NCBI GenBank assembly: GCA_963779755.1
Contig: CAVZZO010000003.1
Span: 1,746,633 to 1,810,632, forward strand
Direction of reading: 5' to 3'
DNA length: 64,000 nt
From: an uncultured Gemmatimonadales bacterium
GTDB lineage: Bacteria > Gemmatimonadota > Gemmatimonadetes > Gemmatimonadales > GWC2-71-9
Every line of letters starts with the position of its first letter. Position 1 is the stretch's first letter. Made by a program: the position numbers and the translations under genes. The notes under the pieces were generated by a model, which did no database searches, was not told where the DNA came from, and saw only the letters and a program-made list of their open reading frames with translations. Positions 10,205 to 18,779 of the stretch are shown here, piece by piece.

Positions 10205-10350
10205 GGCGGTATGGCGGTATGAGGCGGTACGGCGGTACGGCGGTACGGCGGTACGGCGGTACGGCGGTACGGCGGTACGGCGGTACGGCGGTACGGCGGT
10301 ACGGCGGTACGGCGGTACGGCGGTACGGCGGTACGGCGGTACGGCGGTAA
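10205..10350. repeat. 8-bp microsatellite (GGCGGTAC)n, 18 units
   Basis: 15 perfect GGCGGTAC units (10223-10342), two GGCGGTAT variants (10205-10220) and one GGCGGTAA (10343-10350). The array starts 17 nt upstream of the DinB start codon. Confidence 0.95.
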
Positions 10351-10428
10351 ATGAGTACAGATCGGGGCATACCGGGGCAAGGTACCCCGGTTCTGGTCCC
10401 TGATTCCTGACTCCTGATCCCTGCGGCA

Positions 10429-10455
10429 TGTCGATTTCCGCCCTCCCGGTTCGAC
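10429..10455 (+). promoter_or_regulatory. candidate ECF-type promoter TGTCGA-N16-TCGAC upstream of the BNR-MoaD operon
   Basis: TGTCGA 10429-10434, a 16-nt spacer, TCGAC 10451-10455. It lies 36 nt upstream of ATG 10492. Confidence 0.55.
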
Positions 10456-10491
10456 GATATATTGAGACCCCCCAACCCCGAGGAGCGTACC

Positions 10492-11607
10492 ATGGCCGGA
10501 GTCCGGGTACTGGTCGGCACGCGCAAAGGCGCGTTCATCCTGACCTCCGACGCGAAACGTGCAAAGTGGAACATCAGCGGGCCGGAATTCGCCGGCTGGG
10601 AGCTGTACCACCTCAAGGGCTCGCCGGCCGACCCCGACCGGATCTACGCCTCCCAATCGAGCGGCTGGTTCGGCCAGACGATGCAGCGATCCTGCGACGG
10701 GGGGAAAACCTGGGAAACGGTGGGCAACAAGTTCGTCTACGACGGGGTGCCCGGCACCCACCAGTGGTACGACGGCACCGCGCATCCCTGGGAGTTCAAG
10801 CGGGTCTGGCACCTGGAGCCTTCGCTCACCGATCCGGACACCGTCTACGCCGGGATCGAGGACGCGGCCCTGTTCAAGTCCACCGATGGCGGCCAGAACT
10901 GGGAGGAGGTCTCCGGCCTCCGGAAGCACAGCACCGGCTCGGCCTGGTCGCCGGGTGCGGGGGGCATGTGCCTGCATACCATCATCCTCGATCCGGTGAA
11001 CCCCGGGCGGATCTTTACCGCCATCAGCGCGGCGGGTGCCTTTCGCTCGGACGACGGAGGCGACACCTGGAAACCCATTACCAGAGGACTGGTTTCCAGT
11101 TTTCTGCCGAACCCCACCGCCGAGGTAGGCCATTGCGTGCACCGGATCGCGCAGCATCCCTCGCGGCCCGACACGCTGTTCATGCAGAAGCACTGGGACG
11201 TCATGCGCAGCGATGACGCGGGCGACAACTGGCACGAGGTGAGCGGCAACCTGCCGACGGACTTCGGCTTTGCCATCGATGTGCACGCCCACGAGCCGGA
11301 GACCATCTACGTGGTCCCCATCAAGAGCGACGCCGAGCACTTCCCGCTGGAGGGCAAGCTCCAGGTGTTCCGGAGCCGGAGCGGCGGCAACGAATGGGAG
11401 CCGCTCACCCGGGGCCTGCCCCAGCGTAACTGCTACGTCAACGTGCTGCGCGATGCCATGGCGGTAGACCGGCTGGACGACTGCGGCATCTATTTCGGCA
11501 CCACCGGCGGGCAGGTGTACGCCTCGGCCGATTCGGGCGACAGCTGGACGCCGATCGCCGAGCACCTGCCGCCGGTCTTGTCGGTCGAGGTTCAGACACT
11601 GCAATGA
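10492..11607 (+). CDS. BNR/Asp-box repeat beta-propeller protein (sialidase-like fold), no signal peptide
   Basis: ATG 10492 after GAGGAG. Six Asp-box-like motifs: [54 protein letters not shown]. Confidence 0.8.
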   Translation: MAGVRVLVGTRKGAFILTSDAKRAKWNISGPEFAGWELYHLKGSPADPDRIYASQSSGWFGQTMQRSCDGGKTWETVGNKFVYDGVPGTHQWYDGTAHPWEFKRVWHLEPSLTDPDTVYAGIEDAALFKSTDGGQNWEEVSGLRKHSTGSAWSPGAGGMCLHTIILDPVNPGRIFTAISAAGAFRSDDGGDTWKPITRGLVSSFLPNPTAEVGHCVHRIAQHPSRPDTLFMQKHWDVMRSDDAGDNWHEVSGNLPTDFGFAIDVHAHEPETIYVVPIKSDAEHFPLEGKLQVFRSRSGGNEWEPLTRGLPQRNCYVNVLRDAMAVDRLDDCGIYFGTTGGQVYASADSGDSWTPIAEHLPPVLSVEVQTLQ

Positions 11608-11900
11608 TCCACGTGGTTCTGCCGGAGCCGCTCCGCAACCTGGCGCGGATCGAGAGCGAAGTCACCGTCGAGGCCGACGGTCCGGTTACCCAGCACACGG
11701 TGCTCTCCGCGCTGGAAGCGCGCTACCCCGCCCTGCGCGGCACCATGCGCGACCAGGTCACCAGGAAGCGCCGGGCCTTTCTCCGCTTCTTCGCCTGCGG
11801 CCAGGACCTCTCGCACGAGGATCCGGACGCGCCGCTGCCGGAGGCGGTGGCCAGGGGCGAGGAGCCCTATCTGGTCGTGGGGGCCACGGCCGGAGGCTAG
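11604..11900 (+). CDS. MoaD/ThiS-family ubiquitin-like beta-grasp protein ending in Gly-Gly
   Basis: 98 aa. ATGA overlap with the BNR gene. The C-terminus ...[10 protein letters not shown] is typical of sulfur-carrier/Ubl proteins. Confidence 0.75.
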   Translation: MIHVVLPEPLRNLARIESEVTVEADGPVTQHTVLSALEARYPALRGTMRDQVTRKRRAFLRFFACGQDLSHEDPDAPLPEAVARGEEPYLVVGATAGG

Positions 11901-11923
11901 CCCGGAAGAACGGAAACATGAAG

Positions 11924-11961
11924 AAAGGACTGAGAGAGGGCGCTTCTCTCTCAGTCCTTTT
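11924..11961 (+). terminator. intrinsic-terminator-like hairpin
   Basis: Perfect 15-bp stem AAAGGACTGAGAGAG / CTCTCTCAGTCCTTT with a 7-nt loop and a T-rich tail. Confidence 0.7.
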
Positions 11962-12039
11962 GCCTTCTCTCTCCCTTGCTATACCGGTGCCGCCCCCCGA
12001 GATTTCGGTTTCTCCCCACATCCCCTAGAGGTCGGCAGG

Positions 12040-14988
12040 ATGGAAGCCGCAATGCGCACCTGTCCCTCCTGTAGCTCCTCGTTGCCCGACGAGGCGCAAT
12101 TCTGTATGAAGTGCGGCTTCGCCACACCCACCGATCCCGGCGTCCCGCCGCGGACCCAGGCAACGGGCGCCTTCGAGGTCGGGCGGGTGAAACGCGCGCT
12201 GGGCGACCCATACCGGGTGGACCGGATTCTGGGCGAAGGGGGAATGGCCACGGTCTACCTGGCCGAAGACCTCAAGCACCGGCGCAAGGTGGCGGTGAAG
12301 GTCATGCGTCCCGAACTGGCCGCCACCCTGGGCGCCGACCGGTTCCTTCGTGAAGTCGAAATCGCCGCCCAGCTGAGCCATCCCCACATCCTGGCGGTGT
12401 ACGATTCGGGCGAGGCCGAGGGCGTGCTCTACTACGTGATGCCCTACGTGGAGGAGGGCAGTCTGCGCGAGCGGCTGGAGCGCGAGGGCCAGCTGCCGGT
12501 AAAGGAAGCGCTCCGGCTGGCCCGGGAGGTCGCCGAGGCGCTGGCCTATGCCCAGGCGCGCGGCATCATCCATCGCGACATCAAGCCGGGCAACATCCTG
12601 CTGGGCGCCGGCCACGCCCAGATCGCGGACTTCGGCATCGCGCGGGCCCTCGACAGCGCCGGGGAAGCGATCACCCGGACGGGGCTCGCGGTGGGAACGC
12701 CGCAATACATGGCGCCGGAGCAGGCCATGGGCGACCGGGACGTGGATGGCCGCGCGGACGTCTATGCCCTGGGTGCGGTGCTCTACGAGATGCTGGCCGG
12801 CGAAGCGCCCTATACCGGTCCTACCGCCCGCGCCATCATGACCCGCAGCATGACCGAAAGGCCCCGCCCCCTCTCCAGCGCCCGGATGGGCCTGCCGCCC
12901 ACGGTGGACTCCACCGTTACCCGGGCACTCGCCCGCAACCCGGTGGACCGCTATCCCACGGCGGCCGCCCTGGCCGAAGCGCTGGAGAACGCGCAGGATA
13001 CCAGCCAGAGCGGCGCGATGCAGGCCGCGGCCGGGGCGGGGCCGTCGCCGCTGGCGGTGTGGGGCCTTTTCGGCGCCGGCTCGGTGGCCATGCTGGCGAT
13101 AGTCTACAGTCTCACCCGGCGGTGGAACCTGCCGGTCTGGACACTCGGGCTCGCGGTGCTCCTCCTGGCCGTCGGCGCCGGCGTGCTGGTGCTCACGGGG
13201 AAGATCGAGCGCCGCCGGCGGGCGGGCGCCGGCACCGGCGGAATCACCGGCCTCTTCACCTGGCGCAACGCCACGCTGGGCGGCGTGGGCGCGCTGGTCC
13301 TGTGGGCCGTCATGGCCAGCGTGATGGCCGTCCGCGCACCGGCCGGCGCCGCGGGAGCCGGGGGGACGCGCGTGGCGGTGCTCCCGTTCGAGAACCAGGG
13401 GCCGGCGGCGGATGCCTACTTCGCCGACGGGATCTCCGACGAAGTCCGGGGCAAGCTGGCCCAGATCAACGGGCTCATGGTCATCGCCTCGACCAGCGCG
13501 GGCCAGTACCGGTCCACCACCAAGAGCCCCCAGGAGATCGCGCGCGAGCTGGGAGTGAACTATCTCCTGGTAGGGAAGGTGCGCTGGGCCGACTCGGCGG
13601 GCGGACACCGCCGGGTGCAGGTGGTGCCGGAGCTGATTGATGGACGGACGGGGGCGATGACCTGGCAGCAGTCGTTCGATAACGACCTGACCGACGTGTT
13701 CCAGGTCCAGTCGGACATCGCCACCCAGGTGGCCGGCGCGCTGGGCGCCCGGCTCGGCACCCAGGAGAAGAACGAACTGACCAGGCGGCCTACGCAGAAC
13801 GTGGCGGCCTACGATCTCTATCTGAAGGCCAAGGCGCTCACCGGCCGCGATCCGGCGACGCAGCGCCTGGCCGGGTCTTACCTGGAACAAGCGGTGGCGC
13901 TGGATTCGAATTTCACCGACGCCTGGGCCCTGCTGTCCACCGCGATGACGCTTACCTATACCAATGGAGGGCGGGACCCGCTCGCCTCGAAGCGCGCCCG
14001 CGAGGCAATGCAGCGGGCGCTGGTATTGGATCCGCGGTCGGTGGCCGCCAATCTGGCCGCGGCGCGATACTACCGCCTGGTCGCCAGCGACCCTGCCCGA
14101 GCCGACAGCCAGATTGCCGTCGCGCTCGAGGTCGCGCCCAATGATGCCGACGTACTCAGCACCGCGGCCGGATCGGATCTGACCGCGCTCCGCTACGATG
14201 CCGGGCTGGCCAAGCTGGAGCGGGCACGCCAGCTCGATCCGCGGTCGGAGCAGACCCTGACGGCTCTCCTCCCGGCCTATGTCTCGATGCGCCGCTTCGC
14301 CGAGGCGCTCACGGCGGGAGAGACGGCGCTATCGTTGTCGCCCGGCAACGTCAACACCATCGAGTGGATGGCGATTGCCCATGTGGCGCAAGGTGATCTG
14401 TCGGAGGCCCGGCAGGTGATCAGGGATGCGCTCGGTCGCGGGGTGACGGCACCGGAGCTGGCCGCCTACTTCGGGGGATACCAGGAGCTCTCCTGGGTGC
14501 TGGAGCTGCCACAGCGGCAACTCCTCTTCCGGCTGACCCCCGCCGCCTTCGACAACGACCGCGGCTGGTGGGGCCAGACCATGGCCACGGCCTATTTCCA
14601 GCAGGGTAATCGGGCGATGGCGCGCGCCTACGCCGATTCCGGCCTGGCTGCCACCCGGGCGCAGTCGGCGGCGAATCCGCGCGACGACCAGAATCACGTG
14701 CTCTATGGCCTGCTGCTGGCCTACCTCGGCCGCCGGGGCGAGGCACTGGCTCAGGCCGATACCGCGATGGCGCTGCTCACCTCCACCACGGTGCAGCCGC
14801 AGTACACCCGGCTCCAGGTGGTGCGCATCCACCTGGCGCTGGGCAATACGGACGCCGCCCTGGACGAGCTCCAGAAGCTGCTCAACAGCCACTACTACAT
14901 CACGCCGGCCTGGCTCCGGATCGATCCGACCTTCGCGTCGCTGCGCGACAATCCCCGGTTCAAGAAGCTGGCGCAGGGAAATAACTGA
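12040..14988 (+). CDS. Ser/Thr protein kinase with N-terminal zinc ribbon, TM region, TolB-N-like domain and TPR repeats
   Basis: 982 aa. CPSCSSSLPDEAQFCMKCG, kinase motifs (HRDIKPGNILL, DFGIARA), VAVLPFENQG...FADGISDEV, then a long TPR-like C-terminus ending IDPTFASLRDNPRFKKL. Confidence 0.85.
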   Translation: MEAAMRTCPSCSSSLPDEAQFCMKCGFATPTDPGVPPRTQATGAFEVGRVKRALGDPYRVDRILGEGGMATVYLAEDLKHRRKVAVKVMRPELAATLGADRFLREVEIAAQLSHPHILAVYDSGEAEGVLYYVMPYVEEGSLRERLEREGQLPVKEALRLAREVAEALAYAQARGIIHRDIKPGNILLGAGHAQIADFGIARALDSAGEAITRTGLAVGTPQYMAPEQAMGDRDVDGRADVYALGAVLYEMLAGEAPYTGPTARAIMTRSMTERPRPLSSARMGLPPTVDSTVTRALARNPVDRYPTAAALAEALENAQDTSQSGAMQAAAGAGPSPLAVWGLFGAGSVAMLAIVYSLTRRWNLPVWTLGLAVLLLAVGAGVLVLTGKIERRRRAGAGTGGITGLFTWRNATLGGVGALVLWAVMASVMAVRAPAGAAGAGGTRVAVLPFENQGPAADAYFADGISDEVRGKLAQINGLMVIASTSAGQYRSTTKSPQEIARELGVNYLLVGKVRWADSAGGHRRVQVVPELIDGRTGAMTWQQSFDNDLTDVFQVQSDIATQVAGALGARLGTQEKNELTRRPTQNVAAYDLYLKAKALTGRDPATQRLAGSYLEQAVALDSNFTDAWALLSTAMTLTYTNGGRDPLASKRAREAMQRALVLDPRSVAANLAAARYYRLVASDPARADSQIAVALEVAPNDADVLSTAAGSDLTALRYDAGLAKLERARQLDPRSEQTLTALLPAYVSMRRFAEALTAGETALSLSPGNVNTIEWMAIAHVAQGDLSEARQVIRDALGRGVTAPELAAYFGGYQELSWVLELPQRQLLFRLTPAAFDNDRGWWGQTMATAYFQQGNRAMARAYADSGLAATRAQSAANPRDDQNHVLYGLLLAYLGRRGEALAQADTAMALLTSTTVQPQYTRLQVVRIHLALGNTDAALDELQKLLNSHYYITPAWLRIDPTFASLRDNPRFKKLAQGNN

Positions 14989-15057
14989 GGACTGAGTAAG
15001 GCGGCAGGACGGCAGCCCGCGGCGCGCCGCGTGAGCCGCGGAGGGGCCATCGAGCCC

Positions 15058-15126
15058 CGCTGCATCCCGACCTTCGCGCCGCTCAGGGGGCCTCCGCGGT
15101 TCGAGAAGCTGGCGAGACAGGACTGA
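15058..15126 (+). pseudogene. relic of a kinase C-terminus
   Basis: It translates to RCIPTFAPLRGPPRFEKLARQD*. Compare the C-terminus of the 37209 kinase, RIDPTFAPLRGNPRFERLVGGK. Confidence 0.5.
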
Positions 15127-15170
15127 GAGCAAAGGGCTGGGAGAAAAGCGCTTTTCTCTCAGTCCTTTTG
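15119..15170. terminator. bidirectional terminator-like palindrome between convergent genes
   Basis: Inner palindrome GAGAAAAGC/GCTTTTCTC and outer GGACTGAGAG/CTCTCAGTCC. It shares a ~25-nt tail (TCTCTCAGTCCTTTTG.CCTT.CTC) with the hairpin at 11924. Confidence 0.6.
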
Positions 15171-16439
15171 TCCTTTCTCCCTATTCCGGCATTCCGTGGC
15201 GCGCTGGAGCAGGAGCCGCCGCTCCCGCTCATTTTTCGTCAGCTTCGCCGCCCGCTCGAATTCCTCACTCGCCTCGACATTCCGCCCCAGCTTCTGCAGC
15301 AGGTCGCCGCGCACGCTGGGGAGCAGGTGATAGTTCCGTAGCGATTTCTGCTTCGTGAGCGGTTCCACCAGCGCGAGCGCGGCCTCCGGGCCTTCGGCCA
15401 TACTCACCGCCACCGCGCGATTGAGCTCGACCACGGGGGAGGGCATGAGCTGCGCCAGGGCGCCGTAGAGCATCGCGATTCTGGCCCAGTCCGTTTCCTG
15501 CGCCGAGCGCGCCCGCGCGTGGCAGGCGGCGATGGCCGCCTGGAGTGCGTAGGGGCCGGCAGCGCCGCCCAGCGCGTCCACCCGCTCCAGCGCCGCCAGA
15601 CCACGCTGGATGAGCAGGCGGTCCCAGCGGCCCCGGTCCTGATCCAGCAGCAGTACCGGCTCGCCGTCGGGGCCCACTCGCGCTCGGAGACGGGAGGCCT
15701 GAATCTCCATCAGGGCGATGAGCCCGTGTACCTCTGGCTCCTCCGGCGCCAGGGTCGCCAGGATGCGCCCCAGCCGCATCGCATCTTCGCAGAGGCCGGG
15801 CCGGACCCAGTCGTCACCCGCGGTCGCGGCATACCCCTCGTTGAAGATGAGATAGATCACCTCGAGCACCGAGGCGAGCCGCTCACTCAGGTCGTCCCCG
15901 CGCGGCACCTCGAAGGGCACCTTCGCGTCCGCCAGCGTCTTCTTGGCCCGGACGATCCGCTGCTGCAGGGTGGGAACGGGAATCAGAAACGCGCGCGCGA
16001 TCTCCTCGGTGGTGAGGCCACCCACCAGCCGCAGTGTCAGGGCGACCCGGGCTTCGGCGGAGAGCAGCGGGTGACAGGCGGTAAAGATCAGGCTCAGGAG
16101 ATCGTCACCGATGGCGTCGTCCAGCGCCGCCGCCGTCTCGACCTCCCGCTGCTGCTCCTCCTGCAGCTCGCCGCCCAGCTGCTGGTGCTTGCGATCCAGC
16201 ATCTGGTGGCGCCGGAGCTGGTCGATCCCCCGGCGCTTGGCCGCGGTCATGAGCCAGGCACCGGGGTTGTCGGGAATGCCCGATGCCGGCCACTGCTCCA
16301 GCGCAGCCAGCAGCGCGTCCTGGGCCAGATCCTCGGCCTGGCCCACGTCGCCTACCATGCGCGCCAGCCGGGCAATGATCTTCGCCGATTCCATGCGCCA
16401 GACGGCGTCGATGGTGGCGTGGATATGCGCGACCGTCAT
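15159..16439 (-). CDS. ECF sigma factor with C-terminal TPR-like extension (second ECF42-type paralogue)
   Basis: 426 aa, clearly paralogous to 7886-9169 (LTLRLVGGLTTEEIARAFLIPVPTLQQRIVRAK, AGPYALQAAIAACHA). Confidence 0.85.
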   Translation of the reverse strand: MTVAHIHATIDAVWRMESAKIIARLARMVGDVGQAEDLAQDALLAALEQWPASGIPDNPGAWLMTAAKRRGIDQLRRHQMLDRKHQQLGGELQEEQQREVETAAALDDAIGDDLLSLIFTACHPLLSAEARVALTLRLVGGLTTEEIARAFLIPVPTLQQRIVRAKKTLADAKVPFEVPRGDDLSERLASVLEVIYLIFNEGYAATAGDDWVRPGLCEDAMRLGRILATLAPEEPEVHGLIALMEIQASRLRARVGPDGEPVLLLDQDRGRWDRLLIQRGLAALERVDALGGAAGPYALQAAIAACHARARSAQETDWARIAMLYGALAQLMPSPVVELNRAVAVSMAEGPEAALALVEPLTKQKSLRNYHLLPSVRGDLLQKLGRNVEASEEFERAAKLTKNERERRLLLQRATECRNREKGQKD

Positions 16440-16494
16440 AGGTCACGATTAGACCATGGCGGCGCTCGCAACGCAAGGGAGGGACAGGCGGTAC

Positions 16495-16592
16495 GGCACA
16501 AGGGACAAGGGACAGGGGACCCGATTAAGGACTACGCAGCCTATCCCTGTCCCGATCCCCGCTGCGACCCCTTGTCCCTTGTCCCCTGTGCC
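16495..16592 (-). promoter_or_regulatory. long imperfect hairpin built from GGGACA(A/G)G words, between DinB and the sigma gene
   Basis: Arms 16495-16519 and 16568-16592 pair at about 23 of 25 positions by hand. The loop is ~48 nt. Confidence 0.55.
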
Positions 16593-16600
16593 TGTCGGCC

Positions 16601-17095
16601 TTACATCCCCGCCTCATCCGCACTCGGACCGTAGACCGACGGAAGGGGGACATTCAGCAGCCGCAGGTAAACGGTGAGCTGCCCGCGATGGTGGTACCAG
16701 TGGTTGAACAGGATGGTGCGGAGGACACCGCTCCGGGGGAGGGCCATGACCTCCCTCTCGCCGTCCACCATGCGCCAGGGCAACGCCAGGTCGGAGTCCT
16801 TCATGGCCCCGAGCAGCGTCCGGGCCTTCTCCACGCTCTGGTCGTAGGTGCTCATGAGCTCGTCCGCGCCGCCCGGGCTGGGCCGCGGGATCCGCGTCTT
16901 GACGTCGAACGTGGGCTTCCCCGCCATTTCGCTGATGGCGCCCGGCAGCATGGCCACATGCATGGCAAGCTGCCCCAGGGTGAACGATTTCTCGTGGGGG
17001 CGCCAGTCGTAGCGGTCCGGCGGTACCCGCTCCAGCACGCGCCGGGTCGCCTTCGCTTCCTGGTCCAGCTCCTGCATCAGCTCGGCGATAGTCAC
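16601..17095 (-). CDS. DinB-family protein
   Basis: 164 aa, a paralogue of 9694-10188 (FNHWYHHRGQLTVYLRLLNVPLPSVYGP). Confidence 0.8.
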   Translation of the reverse strand: MTIAELMQELDQEAKATRRVLERVPPDRYDWRPHEKSFTLGQLAMHVAMLPGAISEMAGKPTFDVKTRIPRPSPGGADELMSTYDQSVEKARTLLGAMKDSDLALPWRMVDGEREVMALPRSGVLRTILFNHWYHHRGQLTVYLRLLNVPLPSVYGPSADEAGM

Positions 17096-17158
17096 TGTGT
17101 GGCCTTTCGTAGCGGACGTTTGGACCCGGTCAAGAGGGTCGAGGGACAGCGATCGTGG

Positions 17159-17572
17159 TCATCCGGGTGCCCGCTCATACAACAACATCCACGAGGTCCC
17201 GAACCGGTCGCGGAGCATCGCGAAGCGGTGGGCGAAGAACGTCTCCGCCATGGGCATGAAGATCTCGCCCCCTTCCCGCAGGAGCGCATAGACCCGCTCC
17301 GCCTCCTCCACGCTGGACAGCGAGAGGCTGAGATAGGCGCTGCGCATCGGCTGGAAACGGTCCGGGGGGATATCCGCTCCGAACAGACTCGTGCCTCCCA
17401 GTTCGATCCGGGCGTGCAGCACTGCGTTCCGCCATTCCGGCGGGACCTTGTCTGCCTCCGGTTGCTCGGCATGGGTCGCCAGCATGGTGATGCGACCGCC
17501 CAGGCGCTCGGCGTAGAACTCGAACGCCTCCCGGCAGTTGCCGCCGTAGTTGAGATAGGTATTGAGCTGCAT
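17159..17572 (-). CDS. VOC/glyoxalase-fold protein (PhnB/YjdN-like)
   Basis: 137 aa. MQLNTYLNYGGNCREAFEFY... and ...FAHRFAMLRDRFGTSWML are typical of this family. Confidence 0.7.
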   Translation of the reverse strand: MQLNTYLNYGGNCREAFEFYAERLGGRITMLATHAEQPEADKVPPEWRNAVLHARIELGGTSLFGADIPPDRFQPMRSAYLSLSLSSVEEAERVYALLREGGEIFMPMAETFFAHRFAMLRDRFGTSWMLLYERAPG

Positions 17573-17665
17573 CGTATTCCCCGATACTGGTCTTCGGTCA
17601 TTGAAGGCGCGACACGGGCGGCGGCCCTCGTCTCAATATGTCGCGGAGCTGCCCGTACCGGCGAC

Positions 17666-18109
17666 TCAGAAGGTAGAACCCGTGGGCACCCTGAGATCGA
17701 GATTCAGTGGCAGGGTGATGCCGGACCAGGAGCGCCGGCCGCGAATCACCACCATCAGCAGGACACCCACCACGAAAGGCGTGGCGGCCATGGCGGGCCC
17801 CATCCGCAGAATTGTCGTCACGACGGCGCCGATCATGATGATGACGAGTCCGGCCGCCGCCAGCGGAGTAAGGCCCCGGCGAACGCGGAAGATACCGGGG
17901 AGAATGAGGCCCAGGGCCCCCAGGCCCTCACACACGGCGATGAAGCGCATGAACCCCGCGGAGAGGCCTGACTGCTGGACCAGCGCCTGGGCAGGCATGG
18001 TCAGCTTGGCGAAGGAGGCGAAGAGAAAGAGGGCGGCGAGCAGGCCCTGGATCGTCCAGAGCAACACGTTGCCGATCTTGCGGTTACGGCTCCGGGTGGG
18101 GGAAGACAT
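17666..18109 (-). CDS. DoxX-family membrane protein
   Basis: Start at ATG 18109, with GAGGAG upstream. Four hydrophobic segments. The FLFASFAKL... and FIAVCEGLGALGLILP pattern is DoxX-like. Confidence 0.7.
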   Translation of the reverse strand: MSSPTRSRNRKIGNVLLWTIQGLLAALFLFASFAKLTMPAQALVQQSGLSAGFMRFIAVCEGLGALGLILPGIFRVRRGLTPLAAAGLVIIMIGAVVTTILRMGPAMAATPFVVGVLLMVVIRGRRSWSGITLPLNLDLRVPTGSTF

Positions 18110-18171
18110 GGTCGGGCTCCTCTCGGTTCGGGTTCTGGTGCCGGGAGCCTGTCTCCCGGCTTCACAGAAGC

Positions 18172-18198
18172 GTCGACCGGGGAGGGGCGGGATCGACA
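18172..18198 (-). promoter_or_regulatory. candidate ECF-type promoter TGTCGA-N16-TCGAC upstream of DoxX
   Basis: Minus-strand TGTCGA (18198-18193), a 16-nt spacer, TCGAC (18176-18172). It is followed by GTGAAGCCGGGA and a leader hairpin, as at 18780. Confidence 0.55.
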
Positions 18199-18207
18199 TC
18201 AAGCAGA

Positions 18208-18284
18208 CCTCGACCCTCTCGACACTCTCGACCCCCTCGACCTCTTCAGTGGTCGAGAGGGTCGAGGGGGTCAAGAGAGTCGAG
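18208..18284 (-). promoter_or_regulatory. long imperfect hairpin built from CTCGACC-type words
   Basis: Arms 18208-18242 and 18251-18284 with an 8-nt loop. About 29 of 34 positions pair by hand. Confidence 0.5.
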
Positions 18285-18305
18285 AAAACCCTGGGCGCCG
18301 TCGAC

Positions 18306-18716
18306 TTACTTCAACCGCTCCCGCAGCTTTGCCTCCCGCTCCTGCAGCTCGGGCGTAAACTCCTCGCCGAAATCCTCGAGTTCGAAGAAGGGGCGGATTT
18401 CCACCGTCTCCCCCTCTTCGAACGGCGCCCGCTTGAGCCATTCCACCGCTTCATCCACGGACTTGACCTGCCAGATCCAGAATCCGGCGACCAGCTCTTT
18501 GGTCTCCGCGAAGGGGCCGTCGATCACCCGCGGCTTCCCCGAACCGAACCGGACTCGTTTGCCCTTCGAGCTGGGTTGCAGACCGTCGCCCGCCAGCATG
18601 ATGCCGGCCTGGACCAGCTTCTCGTTGAACGTCCCCATCTTCTCCAGCAGTTCCCGCTTCGGCATTGCGCCGGCTTCGTATTCCTTGTTGGCCTTGACCA
18701 GCACGATGACTCGCAT
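18306..18716 (-). CDS. YciI/DGPF-family protein
   Basis: Start at ATG 18716, with AAGGAG upstream. MRVIVLVKANKEYE...VIDGPFAETKELVAGFWIWQV. Confidence 0.8.
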   Translation of the reverse strand: MRVIVLVKANKEYEAGAMPKRELLEKMGTFNEKLVQAGIMLAGDGLQPSSKGKRVRFGSGKPRVIDGPFAETKELVAGFWIWQVKSVDEAVEWLKRAPFEEGETVEIRPFFELEDFGEEFTPELQEREAKLRERLK

Positions 18717-18779
18717 GATGCGGTCTCCTTGCAGCAGGTCGCTTTCCCGGCCGGGATATCTTCCCGGCTTCACTCCTGC

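Noticed and set aside
9851-10616. ORFs encoding PYRRTAV-type repeat peptides on both strands
   Set aside because: They are translations of the (GGCGGTAC)n microsatellite. All frames give the same repeat, with no start or SD context.
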